A DNA stretch of 64,000 nt from Scyliorhinus canicula (lineage: Eukaryota), in assembly GCF_902713615.1 (NCBI RefSeq), contig NW_024056010.1:310001-374000 (forward strand), in the 5' to 3' direction. The notes under the pieces are model-generated. The model had not been told where the DNA came from. It did no database searches and saw nothing but the letters and a program-made list of their open reading frames with translations. Positions 62,483 through 64,000 of the stretch are shown in pieces (the first letter of the stretch is position 1; every line of letters starts with the position of its first letter). Made by a program: the position numbers and the translations under genes.

Positions 62483-64000
62483 ATGGCTGATCCAGTTGAA
62501 AGTATAGATTTAGACCCTTTAGAAGGCAGAAATTTACTCCCTACGACGGTAAAAGGAGGAACTGGGATACCAGATGTGTCCATTGAAGATATGTTGGGGG
62601 ATTTTGGGTCTTTCTTTCGTAAACAATTTGACCTATGTGTAACCTCAAAAAAAATTGAATCAAAGTATAATATCTGCAGAGGACAGTGGTCCTTTGATAA
62701 TATCAAGAGAGCATGGGGAAAAAGCACACGATTGCACAGTGCAGAACGTGTTAAATGGTCCCTGGCAATTATGGGACAATTACGCAGACAGCAAGAGATA
62801 ATTACTAAAAATAAAACTGATCATGAATATAGGACCACTAAAGACCAACTAATTGCAGTTGTTGAAGAATTGCAAGATGCAAAGGCAAAACTTGAATCTG
62901 ATGATGAAACTGGAACTGATTTGGAAAACAAAATCTCTGAACTCCAGCAGTTGCCTGTTCAAATAGCAGAAGTACAAAATCAAATTTTTGAGGTGGACTT
63001 AAAGAACCAAAAGCTGCTAGCAAAAACTGAGCAAATTGAACTTGAAAATTCCAAGTTAATTGAAGAAAACTGTGTTTTAGAAAAAGAATTGCGAGATGCA
63101 GAATTCAGTTTTGAACAGGATGATGCCAAATTCCAACAGTTATCTGTTCAATTAGCAGAATTCCAAAATCAGATTTTTGAGGTGGACTTAAAAAACCAAA
63201 AGCTGCTAGCAAAAACTGAGCAAATTGAACTTGAAAATTCCAAGTTAATTGAAGAAAACTGTGTTTTAGAAAGAGAATTGCGAGATGTAAATTCCAAATT
63301 TGAACAGGACGATGAACTTAGAACATAATTGCAAAACAAAACTTCTAAACTCCAGCAGTTATCTGTTCAAATAGAGTTCCAAGATCAAATTTTTGACGTA
63401 GAGTCAAGATACAAACAGTTGCAATCAAAAACTGATCAAACTGAACTTGAAAATTCCAAGTTAATTGAAGAAAAATGTGTTTTAGAAAAAGAATTGCAAG
63501 ATACAAAAGCAAAACTTGAACATTATGATGAAATTGGAACAGAATTGCATAACAAAACTTCTAAACTCCAGCAGTTATCTTCTCAAATAGCAGAATTACA
63601 AAATCAAATTTTTTCAGTGGAGTCAAAATATCAAAAGTTGCAATCAAAAACTGAGAGAATTGAACTTGAAAAATACAAGGTAATGGAACAAAAATGTGTT
63701 TTAGAAAGAGAACTGCAAGATGCAGAATCTAAACTTGAACATTATGATGAAATTGGAACAGAATTGCAAAACAAAACCTCTAAACTCCAGAAGTTATCTA
63801 TTCAAACAGCAGAATTACAAGATCAAATTTTTGAAGTTGAGTCAAGATATCAAAGGTTGCAATCAAAAACTGAGCGAATTGAATATGATAATTGCAAGTT
63901 AATCGAAGAAAGATATGTTTTAAAAAAGATTTAAATATTGCCACTGAAAGCGGCAAGGTCCTAAAAGACTGGATTCAAACAGCAGCTGAAGTAACACAAA
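62483..64000 (+). pseudogene. Gag-like first ORF with coiled-coil tandem repeats, disrupted; runs off the window
   Basis: ORFs 62483-63328 and 63329-63934 share one frame; the internal TAA corresponds to GAA in sister repeats; a frameshift near 63920 leads to an open -1 frame to 64000; first ORF after LTR-PBS. Confidence 0.65.

Noticed and set aside
63917-63934. Programmed -1 frameshift at T TTA AAA
   Set aside because: Sister repeats read gtt tta gaa aaa or gtt tta gaa aga, so simple loss of one G explains the shift; no downstream structure is evident
62880-63934. CRISPR-like array
   Set aside because: The repeats are contiguous, codon-phased coding units with no unique spacers, in eukaryotic DNA

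Overview
Eukaryotic, repeat-rich DNA from a cartilaginous fish; the SINE/LINE families look elasmobranch and a catshark is my inference. The left part (about 8.8-24.3 kb, + strand) holds the complete constant region of one IgM heavy-chain cluster: Cmu1, Cmu2, Cmu3, Cmu4 with secretory tail, TM1 and TM2. All splice phases are compatible and there are no stops, but the membrane tail is atypical (W->G in the NLWxTAST motif; KIE* instead of KVK*). No convincing V, D or J segment lies in the window, so 1-8786 is probably J-C intron. The right part holds a divergent cluster of C2H2 zinc-finger genes with no recognisable KRAB: two intact 15-finger ORFs and three remnants, produced partly by an inverted segmental duplication. 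It also contains two near-full-length Tx1/L1-clade LINEs (one interrupted by a hAT transposon), a Harbinger-like MITE, and the 5' end of an LTR retroelement (LTR, tRNA-Ser PBS, splice donor, coiled-coil repeat gag-like ORF) that runs off the window. CR1/L2 LINEs, tRNA-derived SINEs and Penelope-like fragments carrying hammerhead-ribozyme motifs fill the gaps; only the clearer copies are listed. All family assignments are by eye, with no database search.
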